Below, one piece after another: positions 27,313 to 36,365 of a stretch of 64,000 nucleotides of DNA. How positions within the stretch are numbered: position 1 is the first letter of the stretch; each line of letters begins with the position of its first letter. Location: the NCBI GenBank assembly GCA_965228475.1, contig OZ245817.1, positions 800,001 through 864,000 of the forward strand, given 5' to 3'. The notes below the pieces were generated by a model that searched no databases, had not been told where the DNA came from, and saw only the letters and a list, made by a program, of their open reading frames with translations. The position numbers and the translations under genes were made by a program. The stretch is from Myxococcota bacterium. Lineage in GTDB: Bacteria; Myxococcota_A; UBA9160; JAFDDA01.

Positions 27313-28506
27313 ATGCCCGGCCGCGTTCTCTCCGGCATCCGCATCCTCGATATGACGCGCGTCGTCGCCGGTCCGTTCGCGACGGCGATCCTGGCTGACC
27401 TCGGGGCCGACGTGCTCAAGGTGGAGCGCCCGGAGACCGGCGACGACTACCGCTACGGCCCCTCGGCCAAGGGGCAGACGTCGCTCTCCTTCCAGAACAC
27501 CAACCGCGGCAAGCGCAGCATCACGCTCGACGTGCGCAAGCCCGAGGGACGTGCGCTTTTCTTGCGCCTCGCCGAGCGGTCCGACGCCGTGGTGGAGAAC
27601 TTTCGCGCGGGCTGGCTCACCGCCCAGGGCCTCGACGCCGAGTCCCTGCACGCAGCGAACCCGCAGCTCGTGATCGCCTCGCTTTCGGGCTTCGGGCAGA
27701 CCGGGCCCCGGGCCGGGGAGGGCTCCTACGACATCATCGCCCAGGCCGCGGGCGGCTTCCTCGCGACCACGGGGTTCCCGGACGGGCCGCCCGTGCGCGG
27801 CGGCGGCGCCCTCGCGGACTTCGTGGGCGGGCTCTACCTCGCGGTCGGCGTGCTCGCCGGCGTGCTCGAAGCGCGGCGGACGGGCGCCGGGCGCGTGCTC
27901 GACCTCTCGAACCAGGACGCCATGTTCGCCGTCACGGACTCCTGGGCGACCATCGCCGCGGGGCTCGGCGTGGCGGCCGAACGCACCGGGAACCAGCACC
28001 CCTTCACCGCACCCTACGACGCCTTCGAGGCGCGCGACGGTTGGGTCGCGATCGGCTGCGGGAGCAACAAGCTCTTCCGGCGGGCCGCCGCGGCGATCGG
28101 CCGGCCCGAACTCGCCGACGACGAGCGGTTCCGCAGCCACCGGGGCCGTGCCCGGCTGCGTGGCGAGGTGAACGGCCTGTTCGCGGAGTGGATCCGCCGG
28201 CGGACCTGCGACGAAGTCCTCGCCGCCTTCGGTCTCGAGGGGGCCGACGTGCCCTGCGCGCGCGTCGCGGCGCCCGACGAGCTGCTCGAGGATCCGCAGC
28301 TCGGAGCGCGCGGAATGATCGAGCGGCACCCGCACCCGGAGCTCGGTGAGATCGTCTTCCATGGGAACCCGCTGCGGTTTTCCGGGGCGGAGGAGAGGGA
28401 GCACGCCCTCGCGCCCACCCTCGGTGCCGACAACGACGAAACGTACGCGGCGCTCGGCCTCGATGAGACCGAGCGCCGCCGGCTCGCCGATGAAGGCGTG
28501 ATCTAG
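27313..28506 (+). CDS. CaiB/BaiF (family III) CoA transferase
   Basis: LADLGADVLKVE, NRGKRS, ENFR, SLSGFGQTGP, YDIIAQA. Confidence 0.92.
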   Translation: MPGRVLSGIRILDMTRVVAGPFATAILADLGADVLKVERPETGDDYRYGPSAKGQTSLSFQNTNRGKRSITLDVRKPEGRALFLRLAERSDAVVENFRAGWLTAQGLDAESLHAANPQLVIASLSGFGQTGPRAGEGSYDIIAQAAGGFLATTGFPDGPPVRGGGALADFVGGLYLAVGVLAGVLEARRTGAGRVLDLSNQDAMFAVTDSWATIAAGLGVAAERTGNQHPFTAPYDAFEARDGWVAIGCGSNKLFRRAAAAIGRPELADDERFRSHRGRARLRGEVNGLFAEWIRRRTCDEVLAAFGLEGADVPCARVAAPDELLEDPQLGARGMIERHPHPELGEIVFHGNPLRFSGAEEREHALAPTLGADNDETYAALGLDETERRRLADEGVI

Positions 28507-28518
28507 CCCGATGCCTTC

Positions 28519-28923
28519 CTAGAAATCGATGTGGAAGGCCAGGCGCGGCAGCCGCCAGTAGGGCACGCGATGCACGTGGTTCAGGTGGCGGTGATAGGCC
28601 GCGCGGTGGCGGAACGAGACGCGGTGATCGTCGCAGCGGAACAGCGGCCGCCGGTCGTAGTAGCGGTACCGCGCGTGGTTGCGTCGCTCCCAGCGGTCGT
28701 GCCGCCGTTCCCAGCGATCGCGGCGCCGCTCCCAGCGGTCGTGGCGACGCTCGTGGCGGTCGTAGCGGTGGTGACGGTCGTAGTGGCCATGGTGCCGATC
28801 GCGGTGCTCGTAGCGGTCGTGACCGTGGCGGCCGTGCGCCTCGGCCGGGGCCGGGGCGAACATCCACGCGGCGCCCGCGACGAGAACCAGCGAGAACAGG
28901 CGAAGGCTTCGGTTGCGAGTCAT
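28519..28923 (-). CDS. secreted His/Arg-rich repeat protein with C2H2-like (CHHH) motif
   Basis: AAGGAGG RBS; signal peptide ending AEA; RR(H/R)DRWE x3; FxCxxHxxxFxxxxxYxxHxxxxH. Confidence 0.78.
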   Translation of the reverse strand: MTRNRSLRLFSLVLVAGAAWMFAPAPAEAHGRHGHDRYEHRDRHHGHYDRHHRYDRHERRHDRWERRRDRWERRHDRWERRNHARYRYYDRRPLFRCDDHRVSFRHRAAYHRHLNHVHRVPYWRLPRLAFHIDF

Positions 28924-28988
28924 GGCAAAACCTCCTTGCGGTTGCCGATGACCCTTGGATGCCCGAGGCGGGCGAAATATTCGCGGCC

Positions 28989-29333
28989 TCAGTCGGCCTT
29001 CACTTCGATGTCGAGATTCCCGAGCGGCCACGGCGCGTTCCCGCGCCCGTAGGGGGCGTAGGCGCCGCCCGGCGTCATGAGCGGCAGGGCCGGCGGCCAG
29101 GTGCGGTCCCAGTGTGCGCCCACTTCGAAGCCGTGGCGGGGGTGCCCGTGGAAGCCGCCCGGCGTCTCGAAGGCGTGGTTCCCCGGCGTCCGGTGGCTCG
29201 TGTAGTTGCGGCCGTGGATGCTCGCGTCGTCCTTGGCCGCCTTCGCCGGGTCGGAAGCCGTCTCCGTGGCCAGGGCCGGGAGCGTCCAGGCGAAAGTCGC
29301 CAGGGCCACTGCAGTGAGGATGGGTCGTCGCAT
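28989..29333 (-). CDS. hypothetical secreted protein
   Basis: GGAGGAG RBS; signal peptide ending ALA. Confidence 0.65.
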   Translation of the reverse strand: MRRPILTAVALATFAWTLPALATETASDPAKAAKDDASIHGRNYTSHRTPGNHAFETPGGFHGHPRHGFEVGAHWDRTWPPALPLMTPGGAYAPYGRGNAPWPLGNLDIEVKAD

Positions 29334-29391
29334 GATGTCTCCTCCTCCCCTGTCGATTCGCCGGACCCCTCCGGGCGAGTGTCGATGCGCG

Positions 29392-30531
29392 CTAGGCCGC
29401 GGATTCGGCGAACAGGCTCTCCGCCAGGTGACGCCGGTGGTGGATGCCGTCGCCGAGCATGCCGCGGCAGAACATCGCGCGCTTGAAGTAGAAGTGGACG
29501 TCGCAGTCGATGGTGAAGCCGTAGCCGCCGTGGAACTGGACGGCGTGCCGGACCGCCTCGGCGAAGACGTCCGAGATCAGCGCCTTGGCCATGCGGGCGC
29601 CCACGGCGGGCGGGGCAGCCTGCTCGTCGTAGACGGCACAGGCGGCGTAGGCGTGGGTGCGCGCCATCTCGATCCCGATCATGTCGTTCACGATCGGGTG
29701 CTTCACGGCCTGGAAGGATCCGATCTGTCGGTCGAACTGCTTGCGGTCGATGGCGTACTCGCGCGTCATCTGGAGCACGCCTTCGGCCGCGCCGACCATC
29801 TCCGCGGAGAGCCAGGCGGTGGCCTGGAGCAGGATCGCCGCCCACGCGTCCGGGCCGGCGCCGGTGAGACGTGCGTCTCCGGCGACCCGGGCGCCGTCGA
29901 AGCCGATGCGCGCCGTGCGCCGGGTCGGGTCGATGCTCTCTTCGGCTTCGATGCGCACGCCGGCCGCACCGGTTTCGATGGCGAACAGGGCGATGCCTTC
30001 GGCCGTACGGAACGGTGCGACGACGAGGCCCGCATCGCTTCCCCCGAGCACGTGGGTCTTGATGCCGTCGAGTACGAAGCCGTCGCCCTCGGCGCGGGCG
30101 CTGGCTTCGACGCCGTCGGGTTCCCAGGAGCCGTCCGCTTCGAGCCAGCCGAGGCTCGCGACGAGATCGCCCCGGGCGATCTCCGGGAGCCAGCGCGCTT
30201 GCTGGGCCTCGCTGCCCGCCCGCGAGAGCGCGAGGGCGGCGAGGCTCGTCGCGAGGTAGGGGGAAGGCAGCAGGCGACGGCCCATCTCCTCGAGCAGCAG
30301 CGCCTGGTGGAGGTTCCCGAGGCCCGCGCCGCCGTGGGCTTCGCCGATGGTGAGGCCGGTCCAGCCGAGCTCCGCCATGGCCTTCCACGTGCCCGGATCG
30401 TGGCCCGCCGGGTCCGCGGCGAGCCGGCGGAGGGTGTCGATCGGGCAGTGCTCGTCGAGGAAGCGGCGCGCGCCGTCGCGCAGGATCTCGTGATCCTCGC
30501 CGAAACCGAAGTCCTGGATCGGGTTGATCAT
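29392..30531 (-). CDS. acyl-CoA dehydrogenase family, non-catalytic-type subunit
   Basis: RKQFDRQIGSFQAVKH, QFHGGYGFT; lacks the FSEPxAGSD motif; ATG 30531. Confidence 0.9.
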   Translation of the reverse strand: MINPIQDFGFGEDHEILRDGARRFLDEHCPIDTLRRLAADPAGHDPGTWKAMAELGWTGLTIGEAHGGAGLGNLHQALLLEEMGRRLLPSPYLATSLAALALSRAGSEAQQARWLPEIARGDLVASLGWLEADGSWEPDGVEASARAEGDGFVLDGIKTHVLGGSDAGLVVAPFRTAEGIALFAIETGAAGVRIEAEESIDPTRRTARIGFDGARVAGDARLTGAGPDAWAAILLQATAWLSAEMVGAAEGVLQMTREYAIDRKQFDRQIGSFQAVKHPIVNDMIGIEMARTHAYAACAVYDEQAAPPAVGARMAKALISDVFAEAVRHAVQFHGGYGFTIDCDVHFYFKRAMFCRGMLGDGIHHRRHLAESLFAESAA

Positions 30532-30539
30532 GGTTCGCC

Positions 30540-31766
30540 CTACTTGCTCTTCGGCAGGCCGAGGACCCGCTCGCCGAGGATGTTGCGTTGGATCTCGCTC
30601 GTGCCGCCGCCGATCGTCATGCCGAAGGAGTTCATGTAGGCGCGCGGCCACTCGGCGTCGTCGGGGGCGTTCGGGTCGCCCATCCAGAGTGCGGCCTCGG
30701 GGCCGAGCATCTCGCACCCGAGCTCCGCGAGCTTCTGCCCGTACTCGGAGTAGACGAGCTTGTTCATCAGGGCGAGGGCCATCGGACGCTCGGTGTTGAG
30801 CCCGGGCGTCCGCTTGCGCAGGGCGCCGAGGCGCAGCGCTTCCTCCTCGATCCAGAGCTTCACGAGGCGATCCCGCAGGACCGGGTCGTCCGCGGCAGGC
30901 TGACCGTCGCGGCGCGCCCGGGTGGCGAGCTCGGCCGTGCGCCGCACGCTGTCGGCGGAGGACGTCGCGTTGCCGCCGCCCGTCCCCTCGGCCGCACCGC
31001 GCTCGAAGGTCAGGGTGGCCATGGCGACCTCCCAACCCTGGCCCGGCTTGCCGAGCATCGCATCGGCGGGCATGTGCGCGTCGGTGAAGATCACCTGATT
31101 GAAGCCGCCCTCGCCGGTCATCTTGATCAGCGGGAGGACTTCGACGCCCTCGGCCTCCATCGGGAACAGGAAGAAGGAGAGGCCCGCGTACTTGTGGGCT
31201 TCGGTGTCGGTGCGCGCGAGCAGGATCATCCACTTCGAGCGCGTTCCGAGGGTCGTCCAGACCTTGTGGCCGTTCACGGTCCATCCGCCGCCGGGCGCCG
31301 CCACGGCCTGGGTCTGCACGCTCGCGAGGTCCGAGCCGGCGCCCGGTTCGCTGAAGCCCTGGCACCAGATCTCGTCCCCATTGAGGATGGGCTGGATCAT
31401 CCGCCGCTTCTGCTCTTCGGTGCCGTACTGGAGGATCACCGGGCCGGCCCACTGGAGGCCGATCGTGTTCACGAAGAAGGGCGCGTTGGCGCGCGACATC
31501 TCCTGGGTGACGACGCGCTGCCGCCCCTGGGTGTCGCCGCCGCCTCCGTACTCCTTGGGCCAGTCGAGGCCGAGGTAGCCGGCTTCGTAGGCCTTCCGCT
31601 GCCAGGCGTGCAGGTACTCGAACTGCTCGTCCGTCTCCACGAACAGGAAGTTCTGCGGCATCACGAAGTCCGGCTCCGGGGGCCGGTTCTCCGCGATCCA
31701 CGCGCGCACCTCGGCGCGGAACTCGGCGATCTCTTGCGATTCCGTTTGCTCGTCGTTCGGGCTCAT
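30540..31766 (-). CDS. acyl-CoA dehydrogenase family, catalytic-type subunit
   Basis: WCQGFSEPGAGSDLAS, NGHKVWT, TLTFERG, TIGGGTSEIQRNILGERVLGLP. Confidence 0.92.
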   Translation of the reverse strand: MSPNDEQTESQEIAEFRAEVRAWIAENRPPEPDFVMPQNFLFVETDEQFEYLHAWQRKAYEAGYLGLDWPKEYGGGGDTQGRQRVVTQEMSRANAPFFVNTIGLQWAGPVILQYGTEEQKRRMIQPILNGDEIWCQGFSEPGAGSDLASVQTQAVAAPGGGWTVNGHKVWTTLGTRSKWMILLARTDTEAHKYAGLSFFLFPMEAEGVEVLPLIKMTGEGGFNQVIFTDAHMPADAMLGKPGQGWEVAMATLTFERGAAEGTGGGNATSSADSVRRTAELATRARRDGQPAADDPVLRDRLVKLWIEEEALRLGALRKRTPGLNTERPMALALMNKLVYSEYGQKLAELGCEMLGPEAALWMGDPNAPDDAEWPRAYMNSFGMTIGGGTSEIQRNILGERVLGLPKSK

Positions 31767-31969
31767 GGGTTTCCTGCCGGCTCGCCACAGGCGTTCGGCG
31801 CCTGGGGCCCGCGAGCCTAACCGAGAGTGGGTCATGCTGCCGCCGAGGTGACGCCGGGTGGCAGTCTGGAGGCAGCGGTGCGGCAGCGCCTGCGCCGATG
31901 CGACGCGCTCTGGCGCTCGTTCGCTCCGCCCACGGCCGCGTGCTAGAACCGGTCCCTCGAGGAGAACGC

Positions 31970-33073
31970 ATGAATTTCGGATTCACGGAAGAGCAGGAGC
32001 TGCTTCGACAGGAGGTGCGCAAGTACCTCGACGAGAACGCTTCGAGCGAGCACGTGCGCGAGATCGTGGAGACCCCGGAGGGCTTCTCGCGTGCGCAGTG
32101 GAAGGAGATCGCCGAGCTCGGCTGGACGGGTCTCACCGTCGCCGAGGAGCACGGCGGCGCCGGCCTCGGCTGGGTCGACCTGATCGTTCTGCTGGAAGAG
32201 ACCGGGCGGAGCCTGTTTCCCTCTCCGCTCGTCTCCAACACGATCGCCGCGGCGGCCATCGCCGAAGCCGGCAGCCCGGAGCAGGCGGCGCGCTTCCTGC
32301 CGAGCCTCGCGGACGGCTCCCGGATCGGAACGCTCGCGCTGCTCGAAGCCGACGATCGTCTCGGAGAGGAGGGCATCGCCCTGGCCGGTGAGGCTTCCGG
32401 CGGCAGCTTCACCCTGCGCGGTGAGAAGCGCTACGTGACCGACGCCGATGCCGCGGACGTCTTCGTCGTGCCCTTCCGCGCCAGCGGCCCGGTCCGGCTG
32501 GCCGTGGTCTCCGCCGACGCCGAGGGCGTGACCGTCGAGAGCACGCCGAGCATGGACCTCACCAAGCGCATGGGAACGGTCCGCTTCGACGGCGTCTCCG
32601 TCCCGGGTGCGGACGTGCTCGAGAGCGCGCCCCTCTCCCGCATCCTCGATCTCGCTACCGCCGCCGTGACCGCCGAGATGGTCGGCGCGGCGGAAGGGGC
32701 CCACGCCCTGACCGTTGCCTTCACGAAGGAGCGCATCCAGTTCGGGAAGCCGATCGGCCAGTTCCAGGGCGTGAAGCACCCGCTCGCCGAGATGCACGTC
32801 GACGTCGAATCGTTCAAGTCCCTCGTCTACTACGCGGCCTGGGCTCTCGACGAACGCCACGCCGACGCGCCGCGCGCGGTCTCGATGGCCAAGGCCTACG
32901 CCTCGGATGCCTTCGCGCGCATCGGGATCGACGCCGTCCAGCTCCACGGCGGCGTCGGGTACACCTGGGAGTACGACGCCCAGCTCTACTTGAAGCGCAG
33001 CAAGTGGGCGCGGCCGATCTTCGGCGACGCCGCCCACCACTACGAGCGCGTCGCCAGCCTCGGAGGGCTCTAG
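31970..33073 (+). CDS. acyl-CoA dehydrogenase family, non-catalytic-type subunit
   Basis: MNFGFTEEQ, RIQFGKPIGQFQGVKH, QLHGGVGYTWE; GAGGAG RBS. Confidence 0.92.
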   Translation: MNFGFTEEQELLRQEVRKYLDENASSEHVREIVETPEGFSRAQWKEIAELGWTGLTVAEEHGGAGLGWVDLIVLLEETGRSLFPSPLVSNTIAAAAIAEAGSPEQAARFLPSLADGSRIGTLALLEADDRLGEEGIALAGEASGGSFTLRGEKRYVTDADAADVFVVPFRASGPVRLAVVSADAEGVTVESTPSMDLTKRMGTVRFDGVSVPGADVLESAPLSRILDLATAAVTAEMVGAAEGAHALTVAFTKERIQFGKPIGQFQGVKHPLAEMHVDVESFKSLVYYAAWALDERHADAPRAVSMAKAYASDAFARIGIDAVQLHGGVGYTWEYDAQLYLKRSKWARPIFGDAAHHYERVASLGGL

Positions 33074-33075
33074 CC

Positions 33076-34242
33076 ATGGATTTCGATCTCAGCCCGGAGC
33101 AGGAGGCGTTTCGCCAGGAGGTCCGCGCGTTCATCGCGGAGAACCTCCCGAAGAACACGGCGGACCCGGCCCAGGTGCAGGCCTGGCAGACCAAGGTGCG
33201 CGAGAAGCGCTGGGTCGGTTTCTCCTGGCCGTCCGACGTCGGGGGCGGCGGCGGCGGGATCATGGAACAGGTGATCCTGAAGGAAGAGATGGCCAAGGCC
33301 AAGGCGCCGCCGCTCGGAAGCTGCTTCATGGGCCTCGCGTGGGTCGGCCCCTCGATCGCGCAGTACGGCACCGAAGCGCAGCGGCAGCGGTTCATCCCGG
33401 ACATCCTCGACGGCAAGTACCAGTGGTGCACCGGCTACTCCGAGCCCGACTCCGGGAGCGATCTCGCCTCGCTCCAGTGCAAGGCGGTCCGGGAGGGTGA
33501 CGAGTACGTCGTGAACGGCCAGAAGATCTGGACCTCGATCGCCATGTGGTCGAAGTGGATGATCCTGCTCGTGCGCACGGCGAACGCCCGCGACGCCGAG
33601 AACAAGCACGACGGCATCACCTGTCTGCTCGTCGAGATGGATTCGCCCGGGCTCGAGGTCCGTCCGATCCGCAACATGGGCGGCGGTGCGGTGTTCGCCG
33701 AGGTCTTCTTCACCGACGTGCGCGTCCCCGTCGACCAGCGGCTCGGGGAAGAAGGGCAGGGCTGGCAGGTCACGGTCTCGGCGCTCGCCCACGAACGCTC
33801 GAGCATCGCCGAGGTCGAGGGTTTGAAGCGCAACCTCGACGTGCTGAAGGACGCCGCGAAGCACGTCCGGAAGAGCGGGCGGCCCGCCAGCGAAGACCCC
33901 CAGGTCCGGCGGCGCCTCGCCGTGGCCGAGACGCGCATCGAAGCCATGCGGCTCAACGGCATGCGCTTCCTCACCAAGCAGCTCAAGGGGGAGCCGCTCG
34001 GGAGCGAGACCAGCATCAACAAGCTGCTCCGCGCCATCCTCGAGGTGGAGCTCGGCGAGCTGGGCGTGGAGATGCAGGGCAACGCGGGCTCGCTCTCGGC
34101 CGGCATCGACGAGGTGGTCGGCGGCAAGTGGCAGCGCCACGCCCTCGGGTGGCCCGAGGTGGTGATCGGCGGCGGCACGCCGAACATCCAGAAGAACATC
34201 ATCGCCGAGCGCATCCTCGGTCTGCCGAAGGACGCTGCGTGA
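33076..34242 (+). CDS. acyl-CoA dehydrogenase family, catalytic-type subunit
   Basis: WCTGYSEPDSGSDLAS, NGQKIWTS, ALAHERS, IGGGTPNIQKNIIAERILGLP. Confidence 0.92.
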   Translation: MDFDLSPEQEAFRQEVRAFIAENLPKNTADPAQVQAWQTKVREKRWVGFSWPSDVGGGGGGIMEQVILKEEMAKAKAPPLGSCFMGLAWVGPSIAQYGTEAQRQRFIPDILDGKYQWCTGYSEPDSGSDLASLQCKAVREGDEYVVNGQKIWTSIAMWSKWMILLVRTANARDAENKHDGITCLLVEMDSPGLEVRPIRNMGGGAVFAEVFFTDVRVPVDQRLGEEGQGWQVTVSALAHERSSIAEVEGLKRNLDVLKDAAKHVRKSGRPASEDPQVRRRLAVAETRIEAMRLNGMRFLTKQLKGEPLGSETSINKLLRAILEVELGELGVEMQGNAGSLSAGIDEVVGGKWQRHALGWPEVVIGGGTPNIQKNIIAERILGLPKDAA

Positions 34243-34514
34243 GCGAGGGTGCCGGCGAGGAGCGGCGCGCGCGAATCGAACGCAAGCTTCGCGAGCGCCT
34301 CGAGGCCTCCGAAGTCCGCGTCATCGACGACAGCGCCGCCCACGCGGGGCACGCCGGCGCGGCTTCGGGCGCGGGCCACTTCCGGGTCTTCGTCACGAGC
34401 GAGCGGTTCGCGGGCCTGAACCGCGTGGCGGCCCAGCGGCTCGTCTACGAAGCCCTCGACGACGAGATGGGCGAGCACATCCACGCGCTCTCCATCCGCA
34501 CCGAGACGCCCTGA
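34239..34514 (+). CDS. bolA: BolA family protein
   Basis: DDSAAHAGHAGA, GHFRV, FAGLNRVAAQRLVY, IHALSI. Confidence 0.88.
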   Translation: MSEGAGEERRARIERKLRERLEASEVRVIDDSAAHAGHAGAASGAGHFRVFVTSERFAGLNRVAAQRLVYEALDDEMGEHIHALSIRTETP

Positions 34515-34518
34515 GCCG

Positions 34519-35367
34519 CTAGAGGAAGTCGCTGAGCCAGGTCGTGAGGGGGACGCTGAAGCCGGCCGCGTTGCGGTGGCCGCCTCCGCCGAGCTCGACG
34601 GCGATCGCCGCGACGTCGAAGTCCCCGATCGAGTACAGCGTGGCGTCCACGCGCGTGCCGTGGACGCGGTAGACGCAGCCCCAGGGCGCGCCGAAGGCGG
34701 CCTTCTCCGAGAGTTCGTGGCCAATCGCGCTGCGGTGGGCGGTCGAGTTCACCGCCTCGACGCGCCGGCCCTTCACCGTGATCGGGTGTGCCTTCTTGGC
34801 CGCCCGCGTGACTTCGATCCGCGCCGAGCGCACGAGCGGCGCCCCCTCGGCCACCAGAGCTTCGATCGGCTGGGCGGCCATGGCATCCCAGGAGGCGAAC
34901 GTACGGGGCTGGGAACCGATCGCCGCGTTGACCTCCGCCGAGTGTTCGAGCTCCCAGCGCCAGAGGTCCTGGTCTTCGACGTAGCGTAAGAGCGGCGGCG
35001 CCGGCGTGTCGTGAAAGTGCTCCCAGGCGAGCATCGCGCCCGAGTGCGAAAGATCGAAGTGGACCGCGTGGCCGCCGGCGCGGAGGTCCGCTTCGAGTTC
35101 GGCGTCCGCGTGGAAGCGGTCGCGGCTGCTCACGTGGTGATCGAGCACGAGTACGTGGGCGGCATGCTCCGCGAGCGCGCGCAGGGTGCGCGTGCGCGTG
35201 AAGATGTCGACGAAGGCGACGAAGGCATCCTCGTAGGCGGCGGGCTCGATGGGCTCGTCGTGGCCGATGGGCCGGTACTCGGCCTCGTCGCCCCAGGCGC
35301 GCCAGACCGCCCAGGCGGCACCGAAGCCGTCCGGACATCCCGCGTGATAGAAACAGACCCGGCGCAT
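34519..35367 (-). CDS. DHH/DHHA1 family phosphoesterase
   Basis: YHAGCPDG, LDHH, EDQDLW, GGGGHRNAAG. Confidence 0.85.
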   Translation of the reverse strand: MRRVCFYHAGCPDGFGAAWAVWRAWGDEAEYRPIGHDEPIEPAAYEDAFVAFVDIFTRTRTLRALAEHAAHVLVLDHHVSSRDRFHADAELEADLRAGGHAVHFDLSHSGAMLAWEHFHDTPAPPLLRYVEDQDLWRWELEHSAEVNAAIGSQPRTFASWDAMAAQPIEALVAEGAPLVRSARIEVTRAAKKAHPITVKGRRVEAVNSTAHRSAIGHELSEKAAFGAPWGCVYRVHGTRVDATLYSIGDFDVAAIAVELGGGGHRNAAGFSVPLTTWLSDFL

Positions 35368-35426
35368 CGGCGGACTCTAACACGCCATCGCGTCGCCCAA
35401 GCGTCTCTCGCGCCCGCCGGCTGCCG

Positions 35427-36365
35427 TCAAGGCAACTCGTCGGCAGGCCGCGTGAGGAATCCGGCGACGTCCTCGGCGAGCTGCTGCGGCACCTCCGTCG
35501 CCAGCGCGTGCCCGGCGCCGGGGTAGACGCGCAGCTCCGAGCGGGGCAGCAGCTCGTGGAGCCGCGCGACGCCCTCGCCCATGTTGGCGCCGTGGTCGCG
35601 GTCGCCCCAGCCGAGCCATACGGGGTGCTCGATCTCGGGGGCCAGGGGGAAGAGGCTTCGTTCGACCTGATCCGCCGCCATGCCGAAGTACATGCGCACG
35701 AACCCCGGGCCCATGACCTCGTCGTAGTAGGCGAAGGTGTTGGCGAGGGCGTCGTCGCGCCCGGCGAAGGACTCGTCGTACCAGTAGCCGGATTGGATCC
35801 AGACGATGGGCCGAAACGCGGCATAGCTGGTGATGGCCCGCATGGCCCGGGCCAGGAAGGGCTGCGCCTCCCAGGCGCTCCCCGGCGCCCAGGGCGCCAG
35901 GCGGTCGAAGCGGTCCGGGAAGCGATGCGCGAGCCGCAGCACGAGATTTCCGCCGAGGCTCCCGCCGACGGCGTGGGCGCGCTCGACGCCGAGCTCGTCG
36001 AGCAGCGCCATGGCGACGTCCTCGTAGTAGGCGAGGTCGTACTCCCGGACCGGCTTCTCGGAGTAGCCGCTTCCGGGGAAGTCGAGCACCACCACGCGGT
36101 GTCGTTCGGCGAGCGTGGGCACGAGGCCGTCGTACTCCTCGATCCGCGACGTGTGCCCGGGGATGAGCAGCGCGACCGGCGCCCGCCTCGGCCCCTCGTC
36201 GATGTAGCGGATGCGGACGTCGTCGAGTGCCGCGAGGCGGACGTGCCGCTGGGTGAAGGGTGTCGTCGGGACCCGGTCCGGGTGGAACGGGTCGCGATCT
36301 TCCGGCGCCGCGCAGCCGGCGAGGGCCATCACCGCCGAGAGCCCGAGGGCCACCCTACGCCGCAT
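35427..36365 (-). CDS. alpha/beta hydrolase lipoprotein
   Basis: LAGC lipobox; DFPGSGYS, GGSLGG nucleophile elbow, WGDRD, GAGH. Confidence 0.88.
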   Translation of the reverse strand: MRRRVALGLSAVMALAGCAAPEDRDPFHPDRVPTTPFTQRHVRLAALDDVRIRYIDEGPRRAPVALLIPGHTSRIEEYDGLVPTLAERHRVVVLDFPGSGYSEKPVREYDLAYYEDVAMALLDELGVERAHAVGGSLGGNLVLRLAHRFPDRFDRLAPWAPGSAWEAQPFLARAMRAITSYAAFRPIVWIQSGYWYDESFAGRDDALANTFAYYDEVMGPGFVRMYFGMAADQVERSLFPLAPEIEHPVWLGWGDRDHGANMGEGVARLHELLPRSELRVYPGAGHALATEVPQQLAEDVAGFLTRPADELP

